Assembly: GCA_963733675.1 (NCBI GenBank)
Contig: CAVTET010000001.1
Coordinates: forward strand, 608,001 to 672,000
From: an uncultured Methanosarcinaceae archaeon
Lineage (GTDB): Archaea; Halobacteriota; Methanosarcinia; Methanosarcinales; Methanosarcinaceae
Length of the DNA: 64,000 bases
Reading direction: 5' to 3'
Of the stretch, positions 43,477-55,373 are shown piece after piece. Positions within the stretch are counted from its first letter, which is position 1. Each line of letters opens with the position of its first letter. Under the pieces are notes generated by a model. It had not been told where the DNA came from and searched no databases. It saw only the letters and a list, made by a program, of their open reading frames with translations. A program made the position numbers and the translations under genes.

Positions 43477-44077
43477 GGTTCCGTTGCAAAAAATCCTTTC
43501 TAATGATACAATAGAATAAAAAGAAAACCAAAGATAGTAATATGCTATCTAATTCCTTTAAATGGAAGCATTATGAAGGAGAAATTATCCTATTGAATGT
43601 AAGATGGTACTTAAAATATGGTTCCGTTGCAAAAATCCTTTCTAATGATACAATAGAATAAAAAGAAAACCAAAGATAGTAATATGCTATCTAATTCCTT
43701 TAAATGGAAGCATTATGAAGGAGAAATTATCCTATTGAATGTAAGATGGTACTTAAAATATCCATTGAGCTATAGAAATTTAAAGGAAATGATGGCAGAA
43801 AGGGGAGTAAAAGTCGACCATACAACAATCATGAGATGGGTACATCAATATTCCCCTGAACTAGAAAAGAAGATAAGAAGACATTTAAGACTAACAAACT
43901 ATTCGTGGAAAGTTGATGAAACCTATATCAAAATAAAAGGTAAATGGAAATATCTTTACCGAGCAGTTGACTCAAATGGAGATACAATTGATTTCATGTT
44001 AAGTGCAAAACGAAATCGAAATGCAGCGAAGAGATTTTTTAAGAAAGCTTTGAGTTCTAATCATAATCAAATTCCAA
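43477..44077 (+). mobile_element. Two tandem truncated IS6 left ends (43477-43619 and 43620-44077)
   Basis: GGTTCCGTTGCAAAAA occurs twice; the first copy stops at ..WYLKY, the second tnp is cut at NHNQIPR. Confidence 0.9.
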
Positions 44078-44226
44078 GGTACTGTTGCAAAAATAATTTT
44101 ACTGCCTTTTTAGGTTATAACTATTGCTTTTTGTATCATTATTGACCTGTTTATGGCATATAAATATCTTATTTGTGATGTTTCTTACTTGTTTTGTAAA
44201 ATAGCCAGATTTTTTGCAACGGAACC
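44078..44226. mobile_element. 149-bp IS6-derived MITE
   Basis: GGTACTGTTGCAAAAATAAT...TTTTGTAAAATAGCCAGATTTTTTGCAACGGAACC; subterminal sequence is shared with 7529..7678. Confidence 0.8.
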
Positions 44227-44479
44227 AAACAAAGACTGAAATCTAAATTTATTACTCTGACCTGTTCTAAAGATTGTAGAATTTTCGCAGTTGAAGCATT
44301 TTTCAGCAAATTATGCCAAAATACGATGATTGATATAATATTATAAACATGTCCTAAAATCCTTGATTTGAATAACAGGAAAAAATATCGAAATTGCGTT
44401 TTATGGGAGTCTTTCTGTAAACGAAACCTAAATAATCAGGTGTCGAATGAGGAAAGGAAGAGTTGCTCAATGTGATTTT

Positions 44480-44977
44480 TCAGAGTTTGAAAACATATTT
44501 CCATTCATATCTCCTTTTTTCTAGAGATCTTCTGTTTGCTCCGCTTGAGGAGGGAAGGATTTTTGTCTCGTATCCAATTTCCCTTAGAATCGGCTCGTAT
44601 TTTCCTGATTTTTTGCCATTGAAACAGATCAACCTCAGCTTTGGAGCTATCTCTTTTAATATTGAGAATTGATTTATTTCTTCGTCTCTGATCTTTGAAT
44701 CTCTACTTCCTACCCCATCTCCGGCCTTAAACACATCCCATAAACCGATTCCATTACATTTCAGGGTCTCAAGTCTGCTTCCATAATCCATGCTCTGAAG
44801 ATCTTCACTGATTGCACTGCCAAGCAACTTCCAAAAGTCATTGCCAGGATTCCCATAATACTGATGCTTTTTGATAAATATGTTACCTGGAAGGGATCCG
44901 AGAATAATGATTTCAGTATTTTTATCAATGATTGGTAGAAAACCTTGTTTTATCATTCTTAAAGAAACTGGAATCAA
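44480..44977 (-). CDS. UDG superfamily family 6 (hypoxanthine/deoxyinosine) DNA glycosylase
   Basis: ILGSLPG, QYYGNPGNDFW, IGLWDV, FNGKK, LPSSSGAN. Confidence 0.85.
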   Translation of the reverse strand: MIPVSLRMIKQGFLPIIDKNTEIIILGSLPGNIFIKKHQYYGNPGNDFWKLLGSAISEDLQSMDYGSRLETLKCNGIGLWDVFKAGDGVGSRDSKIRDEEINQFSILKEIAPKLRLICFNGKKSGKYEPILREIGYETKILPSSSGANRRSLEKRRYEWKYVFKL

Positions 44978-45957
44978 GTATATTTCAAGTTTTGGAAGCG
45001 AAGAAATTCAAATTTTTATTATTCGCTTATAAATATTTCTGCAATAGCTGAAAAGTTTTTGCCTCTGAAAGGGAGCTTGGCGCAAAACTCACTACATAGT
45101 GGTTATAGAATCTACCACCTTTTGAGATAAGTGATACATAACTGAAAAGATCGGTAATTAATACTTAAGATGGATCAATTTTGTAATCACAGACAAAGAG
45201 ACATCTATTTACCATACTTACAAACTCTTCTATCTTTCATGTAGTCTGAAATTAGTTTTTAATACATTAGTTTTTTAGAGCTTACAATTAATATAGGGTG
45301 CATAACTAATATCTTCAGGAGTTTTATTCTTCGATCTTAATTCAATTATAAAATGAAGATTTCTGCTGACATAATGTTGGATAGCATTAAAGTCAATAAC
45401 AATGTCTTGAACCTTAGTTTTAAGATCTACTATCCTGAAAAATTTACTATCAATTTATCTGGAGAAAAAAAATTCCAAGATAATTGGATTATCTATAATT
45501 AAAAATAGTATCTCTGGAGGAATTCTTACTTTTTGTATTTTTGAAATAATATCGTTGGTTACAGACTCAAGAAAATTTGTAGAAGATGCTACAATATGAA
45601 TAAAAATAAAAAACTTTTTGAGAGCTGTGATTTGCCCCGTTAGATAAAATGGTCATAATATAATATTAGATAATTTTGGAAAAATATCTACATCAAACAA
45701 GCTGTGTACATAACAGAATTAAAGTTATTTTTCTTTGTTAAAATCAACGACTCAATTACCTTCATTAATTTTTCACGATTCTACTCCTGATTTGTGAAAA
45801 TGGTTTTGAGACTAACGAAATTCGGAACTACTAAACCAATTAATACTCAATTATCCTATATTCTGTTTAGGAGGAGTTAGATATAATAAATTCAAACGAT
45901 TCAGGGAAAAAAGACGCATCTATCGAACAAAACTATGATAAGACGAAAGATAAAATA

Positions 45958-47325
45958 GTGAAAAATCACATAGCTTTGCTTGAGAGTTACGAACAAAGAT
46001 TGAAAAATCTGGATCCTGAACTTATTACCATAGATGAAGAGATATTCTTAACTGAAGCTTTTATTCATGCTAAAGAAGTTTTTGAGCCTGAGAAACTGGT
46101 AAAATGGTTTACAATAAGAGCCGAACCTTTTTATAGACCAGGATCCTGGGAAGTGGTGTTACCCATGTATGAAGAGCTTCTTGATATTGCAGAAAAAAAA
46201 CTTGGGTCCGAAAATACTGGAACTGCGACTGTACTAACTGGTATGGCAAGGATTTACCGCTACATAGGAAACTACGAGGAGGCCCACAAGCATTTATCAA
46301 GGGCGCTCAAAATTCATGAAATGCTCCCCGGAACTGAACTAGCTGAGATCGGGGACATACTCAGTGAGATGGGCATTCTTAACTATTTGATGGACAAGCA
46401 AGCTCTTTCATATTATACCCAGGCACTGGAAATCCAGAAAAAATTTTCCAGTTCTGAAAACCTTGGTGCCGTCATAACCCTGAACAGAATGGCTTTCTTT
46501 TATAGGGGAATGGAAGAACCCGAAAAAGCTGAAGAATTCTTCAACAGAGCTCTAGAATTTCTTGAAATTTTTCAGGAGCAGAAGCCTGATAAACGAGTGA
46601 TCACGATCTATAAAGCCGGTACCCTGAATAACCTAGGCATTCTGCTTTCCGAGATGGGAAAAATTGAGGAAGCTGAGGATAGATACGGAAAGGCATTAAA
46701 ACTTCAGGATAAAGTATATGGCCCAGAGCACCCGCAGGTAGCTCAGACCTTGAACAACCTTGCTCTGCTATATTTCCAGACTTCAAGATATGAAAAAGCT
46801 CTTATCCTCAACACCAGATCTCTTGAGATCATGGAAAAACTAGGAAAAACCGAACATCCTGGATTTGCCACAACCCTAAACAACCTTGCAGGTATCTATG
46901 TCCATAAAGGGCGCCATGAAAAAGCCCTGGAGCTTTACAAGCGATCCCTTGAAATCCGGGAGCAAATCCTCAGTCCAGAACATCCAGATGTTGCCAAGAC
47001 CTTAAACAACCTGGGAGAACTCTATAGAATCCTTGGCAATCACAAAAAAGCTCTGCACATGTACACCCGCGCTCTCAATATCTACAAAACAACCTTTGGT
47101 AACACCCACCCCGACATAGGTACTACTCTCAACAATCTTGCAGGCCTCCATGAAAGCCTGGGAGAATATAATACTGCAATTGAACTATATGAAAAAGCCC
47201 TTGATATAATTATTAAGGAATATGGATCAGACCATCCTTATTTCAAGATTACACGGAATAATTTAATTAGCCTTTATGATAAAATGAACGGAGCTTGCGA
47301 AGCTGCACTTCAGAAGAGTCAATAG
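45958..47325 (+). CDS. TPR protein with 42-aa kinesin-light-chain-like repeats
   Basis: Repeated HP.(V/F)A.TLNNLA..Y...G..EKAL.LY..SL.I. Confidence 0.9.
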   Translation: MKNHIALLESYEQRLKNLDPELITIDEEIFLTEAFIHAKEVFEPEKLVKWFTIRAEPFYRPGSWEVVLPMYEELLDIAEKKLGSENTGTATVLTGMARIYRYIGNYEEAHKHLSRALKIHEMLPGTELAEIGDILSEMGILNYLMDKQALSYYTQALEIQKKFSSSENLGAVITLNRMAFFYRGMEEPEKAEEFFNRALEFLEIFQEQKPDKRVITIYKAGTLNNLGILLSEMGKIEEAEDRYGKALKLQDKVYGPEHPQVAQTLNNLALLYFQTSRYEKALILNTRSLEIMEKLGKTEHPGFATTLNNLAGIYVHKGRHEKALELYKRSLEIREQILSPEHPDVAKTLNNLGELYRILGNHKKALHMYTRALNIYKTTFGNTHPDIGTTLNNLAGLHESLGEYNTAIELYEKALDIIIKEYGSDHPYFKITRNNLISLYDKMNGACEAALQKSQ

Positions 47326-49415
47326 AGAGAATAACATTTAACATTGAATTCGTTTGCATCAAGGCAACAAAATTCAGCTCTATTACTCTTTATAGCGCTG
47401 ATAGCCTCGAGAAACTCTCAAAAAGAATCAATTCCATGGATATATAATTTTTATATAATTGATATAGACTTTTGGGAGAGAATGATAATATTTGTTTGAT
47501 ATTTAAAAAAACCAGAAGAGAATCATCTCCAATGGAAAAATATTCATTAATCTATTCTTAGTATTGTAACATCTCAAACTCTTTGTATCAAATCACTAAA
47601 ATAGAGTAGTTATGGCCATAACATTTGTTATTTATATACATATCCATTCACTTCTGGTCACAAATAAAAGCATTTTTCGAAAGCTTAGCATAAGCTAGAC
47701 AAATAAGAATACTTTGAAACCCTAATTTGACAGTTCGATTTTTATGTTGGGAGAAGATTTTCATAGTTTAGAAGAATTAAGAAGTAATATTACGGTCAAT
47801 AAATTTTTCCCCCATTTATGATGATTTTCTTTTGACAGATAATTATCTGCCCTAAAATGGTTATTTTCTTCAAATTTTTGATTTTGAATTTGCAAATTAT
47901 ATTGAAATAAATAAATATTTAATAAGTATATTGATTTGTACAGCAAAAACGCTAAAATAGAACAAGATTTATGATTTAATAATATCCTTTACTCCATAGG
48001 GTTAGGAAATGACAGATACAAGATAATTTTAATAATATTTTTGATGACTGCTAATTGATTTTGGATGAGAATATGAGGTTTCATTCCAAATGGAATTTAT
48101 ATTATCAAACTAAGGTTATAGATTTTTCAAAATATCACATCTCACATTATTGATGAGGGAGCATCGCATATTCCATTTACCACAAATTATTAATACTTAG
48201 CATATCGTGTTTATCGAGATGACCAGAATTACTAATCGCTTACACAAAAACGTGTTGAGTGTTATTATGGACATTTTAGAAATGGATCATTTCCGCGAGC
48301 CTGAACTTGAAGAGGTTCAGTTTTTCCTTGAAAGTACTGGAACTCACGGTTCTATTGTTCATGAAAATGCTGTGGAAATGAACTGTACATCCTCCAAAAT
48401 TCAATCCAGGGAGAATGTATTGATCGATTTCAATAATTCCTTTCCATCCATTAACTAACACCCCCTAAAATATTTTAACCCTCGAACTGAAACCCAAACC
48501 TGTAACTATTTCCATTTTGAAGTTAATTTTGGATTTCAGCCCATTTTTTTGATACTTTTATCTGTTTTCCCTACTTATGTCCTTATTTTCAGAGTATATT
48601 GATGTCAATTTTTTTTGAGATCCTAATTTAGATTAAAGTACATGACTAACTTGATTTCTCAAGTCCTTTAATGCTAGATTAAGAGTATTTCAATAAATCT
48701 CTGATTTTCACGAGTCGTTTATATAACATTTATAAGTATATGATAAAATAGAGGGGGCAGCAAAATCCTCTATGTCTTTCTGAGTTTTAGAAATGTTAGT
48801 TTTTACTGTGAGTACCATAATTACTTGGAACTACTTAAAAAATTATTTCGAATCCAAAATTGAATGATAACTCTAAACAATATCAAGTATAATTGAATGA
48901 AAACAAAACACAGATACTCAGCTTACAAAAATTCTTTGGCTAATATCAATTTAGACTCAATGGATACTTTGATCACTAATTGATTGAGAAGTAAAAAACA
49001 AGATCAATAACCAACAGTTAAAGAAAAAAAGCCTACTGAAATTTATTCAGTAAATCTTAGTAAAGATGGTTGTTGATTTTGTTTTCTCCAGAGATTGCAG
49101 TTACAAAAAAAATAGCTTAGTTTAACGCTGAAGAGATGATGCAATGAAAAATAAAATAGACAGAATTTAGGATAGTGATTATTCTACACTAATTGTACCC
49201 AAACACAAGCTGATTTAACGCGTATCAGGCCAATTTAAACTGAATATTTTTTTATTTCTCTATCAGATAGCACTTGAGACTAATACTGTGAAAGAAAAAA
49301 AATCACCATTTCAACACTTTTCTGCAAAACTAGTGAAAAATTGTAGGATTTTACTGGATATATGACACAGTTGGTGAGAGTACTTAACCAAAAAATTAAT
49401 AATTACTTACATCCC

Positions 49416-50363
49416 TCAAATTTCTCCAAGCTCCCAACACAAGTGCTCTTTTATAATTACATATGCTATAGCAGGAGAGATTATCCCGACATCAGTTACT
49501 ATCATGTCAATGTATCTGGCAGGAGTGAAATCAAAAGCCGGATTTTTTACCTGCAAGTGAGATAGATTTGCAATTAATAAAGGATCGACAATTTCATCAG
49601 AACTTCTTTCTTCGATTTCGATGAGATCTCCAACAATTGTACTTGGGCTAAACTTGAAGGTCTCGGCAGCTACCATGAAAATCTTTCTTGCCTCATGGGC
49701 GGCAAGAGCAAGTTGAGAGGTCCCGATTTTATTTACCAGCGTACCATTAGTTGAAATTGCATCGGCTCCAACAATTACCATATCTACATCTTTCATGTAG
49801 TAACGCACTGCAGAGTCCACAATCAGAGTTGTAGGGATACCAAATTTATTAAGATGATGGATCGTAGATAGGCCCTGGCGTCTAGGGCGACTTTCGGTGA
49901 CAATTACTGAAATGGCTTTCCCATTCTCAAAAGCCGTAGTAATAATGGAAAGAGCAGCATGAGAATTGCAGTGGGTCATAATAATATCCCCATCTTTGAT
50001 TCTTCTTGCACCTATTTTCCCGATTTTTTCGAGGGCTTTGTCAGCTCTCTCGATGAAAAGATTTGCATTCCCAATAATTTCCTTCCTTGCTTCTTCTATA
50101 TTTCCTGAAGAATACTTAGTAACAAGTTTTACAGCATTAGGGAGAGAAACAGCTGTAGGACGAGTACTTATAAGAAAACTAGAAGCTTCTCGAATGCAAG
50201 TATTGAATTCCTCCATTGAAACTACTTCTAGGCCTTCAGCATAATCTCTGATGGCTTCAGCAGCAGCTTTTGCAATCCGGCCTGCTCCCCGTAGTTCCAT
50301 TGTCCTAATTTTTTCTGCGGTTTTCTTAAGTTTTTGCATATTATCAGAAATAGCAAGAGTCAA
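49416..50363 (-). CDS. Ribose-1,5-bisphosphate isomerase (eIF2B-like, archaeal AMP pathway)
   Basis: ELRGAG, TRPTAVSL, MTHCNS, ESRPRRQG, GADAI, NKIGT, NPAFDFTP. Confidence 0.9.
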   Translation of the reverse strand: MTLAISDNMQKLKKTAEKIRTMELRGAGRIAKAAAEAIRDYAEGLEVVSMEEFNTCIREASSFLISTRPTAVSLPNAVKLVTKYSSGNIEEARKEIIGNANLFIERADKALEKIGKIGARRIKDGDIIMTHCNSHAALSIITTAFENGKAISVIVTESRPRRQGLSTIHHLNKFGIPTTLIVDSAVRYYMKDVDMVIVGADAISTNGTLVNKIGTSQLALAAHEARKIFMVAAETFKFSPSTIVGDLIEIEERSSDEIVDPLLIANLSHLQVKNPAFDFTPARYIDMIVTDVGIISPAIAYVIIKEHLCWELGEI

Positions 50364-51112
50364 TTTATAGCTATCTTCTAGTATTTCGGGATCTTCTAAA
50401 ATAATAATTCAGATTTTATTTATTTTATCATAGATATCCTTTTAGTAATCAAAAAGATATTCCCTCACTGAAGGGGGCAGAGTCGAAACACATTATATAT
50501 CCTCGATAATCGAGCATCTCAGCAGAAAAAGACGAACTGATATCCAAAAACCGAATGTAATCAGCAGCAGCAACTCCAAAATCATGATAGCATTTCCCTG
50601 AAATTTATAATTATATCTAGCATTAGTACACCTATCTAGATGCAGTTTCTATGACTATTTAAGCCTGAAAGAGAATACAATTCATTTAAGACCATTTGGT
50701 TCTCGTAGTTCTTAACTTAATTAAAAATATAATTTAATAACAAATTAATAATATAGCTATCGAAAAAAGTAAAAATTATGAAGTTGATTGTATATTTCCT
50801 AGGCTAAATACCTGGGGTTTCACTTTTTGTCTTATAAATCATACTTAACATAATTATCTTGCCAATATTAATCATATATTGATTATATATTCAAAATTAT
50901 ATCTAAGAAGCTAATTGTCCTCTAACTTATGGTATAGCCATTCTCGATAACAGCGACAACTGCAAGCGCAGGTTAATTGGGAGCAAGATGATCATCACTA
51001 TCATCATTGCCATGTTCCCTATTATCATTGACATTATATTAGTGACATCATGAGCACCACTGATAATATAGATATTATCTGTGTGGTTCTGAAACTTAAT
51101 AGCTAAATCAAT

Positions 51113-51394
51113 ATGAAGAGGATAAATATGGCTAGAACTAAATTAGATTATACAATCACAACGATTTCATTAATCACTTTGTTGGCATTTCTAATCTTCG
51201 AGATAATCGCAGGTGCAGATCCATCATCAGAAGAATTAATCCATAAAGGGATCGAGCTTACGACATCAGAAAAGTACGATGAAGCAATAAATGCATATGA
51301 CAAAGCAATTGATATTAACCAGACGGGCGAAAATGAAAGAGAATATTTGTGGATAAGGGAGTTTTTTTCAGATAAATTATTATTTACAAAATAA
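51113..51394 (+). pseudogene. Truncated secreted TPR protein
   Basis: Signal ..LLAFLIFEIIAGA, then a single TPR (KYDEAINAYDKAIDIN). Confidence 0.65.
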
Positions 51395-51765
51395 GGGTTT
51401 TATGCCTGAAAAGATAAAATACGAATAAGCGAATCGCAAAAATATCCATTTTGTGAAAATGTTCCGTGTGTAAATTATAAATATAGTCATATTCTTTTGA
51501 ATATATCAAAAATTATTTGCCTTTCAAAGTTTGGTGTTTATCAAATTTATGCGATGTTTTCTCCGAATTCTGAAATTTTGATCAAAAATGAATTAATATG
51601 TAAGAAACTCCAAATTTTTCGATTATAAAGATACTAAATGATGATTACATGATCAGAATTAGAGATGTTAAAACACTCAGAATCAGGTTGATGAATATTC
51701 CCAATCAGATGAAACTATCTTCGAATTATTTTTAATTAATAATATAGGGAAAAGGGACTTAATGC

Positions 51766-52812
51766 ATGATCAATAAACAAAAGTTGTATTCGATAGCCTT
51801 AGGTTCAATAACTGTGATTTTAGTACTGGCGGGTATCGCAGGAGGTACGCCATTTGCATATATTACGAATTCCGGCAGCAATAATGTATCTGTAATTGAC
51901 ACAGCGACCAATACTGTTAAAGCCACTGTTTCTGTTGGATATAATCCTCTAGGAGTTGCAGTCACACCAGATGGAACAAAGATATATGTGGTAAACGAAT
52001 ACAACAACACTATCTCTGTAATTAACACAGCTACAAACAGCATTACATCCACCGTGAATGTAGGAAATGATCCTTGGGGAATTGCAGTAACACCGGATGG
52101 AACAAAGGTATATGTGACGAACTACGGCAGCAACAATGTCTCTGTGATTAATACAACAACTAACACTGTTACAGCCACAGTGAGTATAGGAAAAGAACCT
52201 ATGGGAGTTGCAGTCATACCCGATGGAACAAAGGTATATGTAACGAACCACGGCAGCAACAATGTCTCTATAATTGACATAGCCACAAATAATATTACAG
52301 CAACTGTGAATGTAGGAAATGATCCTTGGGGAGTCGCAGTAACACCGGATGGAACAAAGGTATATGTGACTAACTCGAAATTTGACAGCCCAGGAACTGT
52401 CTCTGTAATTGACATGGCCACAAATAATGTTACAGCGAAGGTTAATGTAGGAAACAATCCAATTGGAGTTGCAGTCAGTCCAGGTGGAACAAAGGTTTAT
52501 GTGACAAACGAATACGACAACAATATATCTATAATTGACACAGCAACGGACACTGTTATAACCACCGTAAATACGGGATCCTTACCTTTGGGTGTTGCCG
52601 TCACGCCAGATGGAACAAAGGTATATGTGATAAACCTGAATAGCAACAATGTCTCTGTAATTAATGCAAGGACTAATATTGTTTCAGCCAGTGTACCTGT
52701 AGGAAGCCAGCCTTATGGAATTTCAGTCACCCAGGACGGGAAAAAAGTAGGTCTAATGAACGGAGATGAAACGGTTTATGGGATTGACACAGCCACAAAT
52801 ACTGCTGCATAG
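51766..52812 (+). CDS. YVTN beta-propeller cell-surface protein (7 full blades plus a degenerate 8th; C-terminus probably truncated)
   Basis: Repeats of VYVTN.GSNNVSVIDTATN.VTATV.VG..P.GVAVTPDGTK after a signal peptide. Confidence 0.9.
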   Translation: MINKQKLYSIALGSITVILVLAGIAGGTPFAYITNSGSNNVSVIDTATNTVKATVSVGYNPLGVAVTPDGTKIYVVNEYNNTISVINTATNSITSTVNVGNDPWGIAVTPDGTKVYVTNYGSNNVSVINTTTNTVTATVSIGKEPMGVAVIPDGTKVYVTNHGSNNVSIIDIATNNITATVNVGNDPWGVAVTPDGTKVYVTNSKFDSPGTVSVIDMATNNVTAKVNVGNNPIGVAVSPGGTKVYVTNEYDNNISIIDTATDTVITTVNTGSLPLGVAVTPDGTKVYVINLNSNNVSVINARTNIVSASVPVGSQPYGISVTQDGKKVGLMNGDETVYGIDTATNTAA

Positions 52813-53146
52813 ACACAGTAAAAATAGAATCCGAATCTGTTGCATCCGGATAGTTAATATACTTTGTTCCAGCACAAGAGCCCTTCATGATGCAGACTTC
52901 ATTGATATAGAGCTTAGGCAGTTGCCTGCTTTGAGGCAATTTTAAGTTTCACAATTTTTGAAGTTAATCACTAGGTCACATAAAATACTTGTTTGGCCAC
53001 AATACAGAGTCAATCAAATTTCACATAACTTTCGGGATACTGTCTATACAAGTAATGTACCAAAGTTCTGTAAAATAGAATAGGGGTCACGTATCGAAAC
53101 TGGAAAAAAGAATTCATGGTGAAAATTTTGGTGACTCTTATAATTC

Positions 53147-53570
53147 TCAAAACATATCCAACTTCGCTAGAATTTGTTTTATAAGTAAATCTGTTTCATG
53201 AACTGTTATCTCAATATTTTCGTTTTTGTTCTCTGAGACTGCATTAATTTTCCTATATATCAGCCTTCCAAATTCGTCACTGAAACGGCGTTCAAGCATC
53301 CACATACAAACTTGACAATTTTCATCTTTTGCAGCGTCATTTAGGCGTTCCAGAAGAGCTTTTGCAGCATCAGCGTTCCGCTTTGTAATGTGCTTATAGA
53401 ACTGATAGTATTTCCCATATTTCTCTGTCTTCCCCTTGTTCATCCAAGAATTGAAAGTTTGGTAGGTTATACCAACAGATTCGGAAGCCAGCGAGCATGT
53501 GAATCCCAAAGCAATATTGTCACCGATTTTCTTGGTTATAGCAGGGGATAATTTAGAAGGTCTGACATGA
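53147..53570 (-). pseudogene. Second terminase small subunit-like gene (paralogue of 6783..7234)
   Basis: RPSKLSPAITKKIGDNIALG..ESVGITYQTFNSW..WMLERRFSDEFGR. The ATG after GGTG is out of frame (ATG-TC-AGA-CCT), suggesting a 1-bp deletion. Confidence 0.75.
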
Positions 53571-53964
53571 TCGCACCGTTTTTCAGTTTCTTTCAATAAT
53601 ATATGTAGGTCTTAGTTTAAATATTTGCTTAGTTTAATTATGCACGGAGCCGAGCTTTGGGCCATTAAGTCCTAAATCGAACGATTGTGGGGCGATATAA
53701 GGCGTTTTCTTGAGTAGGTTAGGTTTCTCAAAGGACTTCAATGAAAGTCTATCTAGTAAGCCCAGATTAAACCATTTTTCGACCAAATTGAATCACCCTA
53801 CTTTTACTACCATATTACGATAGGTACCTTCGAGATATTTTCTATATATATTTATTGCTTTAAAATAATGTAAATTACATTATAAAAATAATTATTTGGA
53901 TTTTAAGATAGGACTTCACATAGAAAACAAATCAAACACATTGAACATAAAACCTAACTGTAGA

Positions 53965-54953
53965 TTTGCCCAATTTTTGTTTAGGCGTGACGGCTACAGT
54001 AAGTGCAGATAATTGCTGTGATGGAAAAGAGAACTTTAATAAGGGGAATTTTAACGGAAACTGTAATGGAAATGTAAATCTTGGTTTTTTTTAATGGAAA
54101 AATTAACGATAATTTGAACGTCGGCAACCAAACATGTGGATGTGAAAACAAAACATCACCGCCACCAAGCATTAAAAATAAATTTACTGATATTGCTTAT
54201 GCTACTAAATCAGAAACACAAAAACTTGATATACTTGATATATATATGCCAAATGGAGGGAAAGGTCCTTTCCCTGTGATTAGAGCATTTAACGGAGGGG
54301 GATTTTCTGAGGGCGATAAGAGTAGAGATTATACAGATTATATGTTGCAGGGCTTAAATCATGGTTATGCAGTGGTAACTGTTGATTATCGTTTGAGTGG
54401 CGAGGCTAAATTCCCAGCAGCAATAAATGATGCAAAAACAGCTATTCGTTTTATTAAAGTTAATGCTGCTCAATATAATTTAAATCCAAATAAGATTGCC
54501 CTATGGGGAACTTCAGCAGGTGGAAATCTTGCACAGGCACAACAAGTGGCACAAACAATTGCTATGATATATCTATCAGCAATGCAAACGTTTCGGATAA
54601 TGTAACAGTAGTAGTTGATTGGTATGGGCCCACAAATTTTTGTGTTATAGATAAACAATTCACAGAAAGTGGAATTAGAGAGCAAGTAGATGGGGTTCCA
54701 TTTTGTAATACCGAAGGTTATTCTCTGTCAAAATATAGGGTTAGATATCTCAAAGGTACCAGATCTGTGTAAACAAGCAGATCCTACGATTTATATAACT
54801 TCAAAGTGCCCCCCATTTTTGATTCAGCATGGCACACTGGATTTCGTAGTTCCAAAGCAGCAATCAGTTGACCTTACAGCTGCAATCAAAAAAGAAATAG
54901 GACAGGACAAAGTAACCCTTATATTACTTGACGGTGCAGGCCACGACATATAA
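53965..54953 (+). pseudogene. Secreted alpha/beta hydrolase (HSL-like esterase), multiply frameshifted
   Basis: LDIYMP, NGGGF, VDYRL, FPAAINDAK, WGTSAGG nucleophile elbow, IQHGTLD, GAGH, spread over three or more frames. Confidence 0.85.
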
Positions 54954-55373
54954 CCCTTTCTTTTATTAAATGGAACAATCAACCGTGGTGAAGATTCTGC
55001 ACTGCTGAAAATATGGATAAAGTGTTTGCATTCCTAGATAAGTATAGGAAATAATTATACCTACTTTGAAAACCCCTGAATAGTACTCACAAAAGCTTTG
55101 AAAAAAGTTGCTGAAAAGCCGGGAGTTAAAATCAGAATAATAGTGACTTCCCATTAATTTCAAGGAAGGACAAAACAATAAGTGTCGCAGAAGATTAAAA
55201 AGAAATGGACAACGTCGATTACCTTCAGAAATGTCATTATTGCCCTGGAAAATTAGGTGACCAAACCCATTTAAATTATGCATGGAGATTACAGCAATCA
55301 ACATGAAATTAACAACAATCATATATTATGTATATTGTCAAGGGGATAATCAATTTGGCTATGCGTCGCCAGA

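Noticed and set aside
48207-48458. Possible IS110 fragment (FLESTG)
   Set aside because: Only a four-residue resemblance; no other motif or end sequence could be identified.
51759-52457. Minus-strand repeat ORFs
   Set aside because: Shadows of the YVTN repeats.
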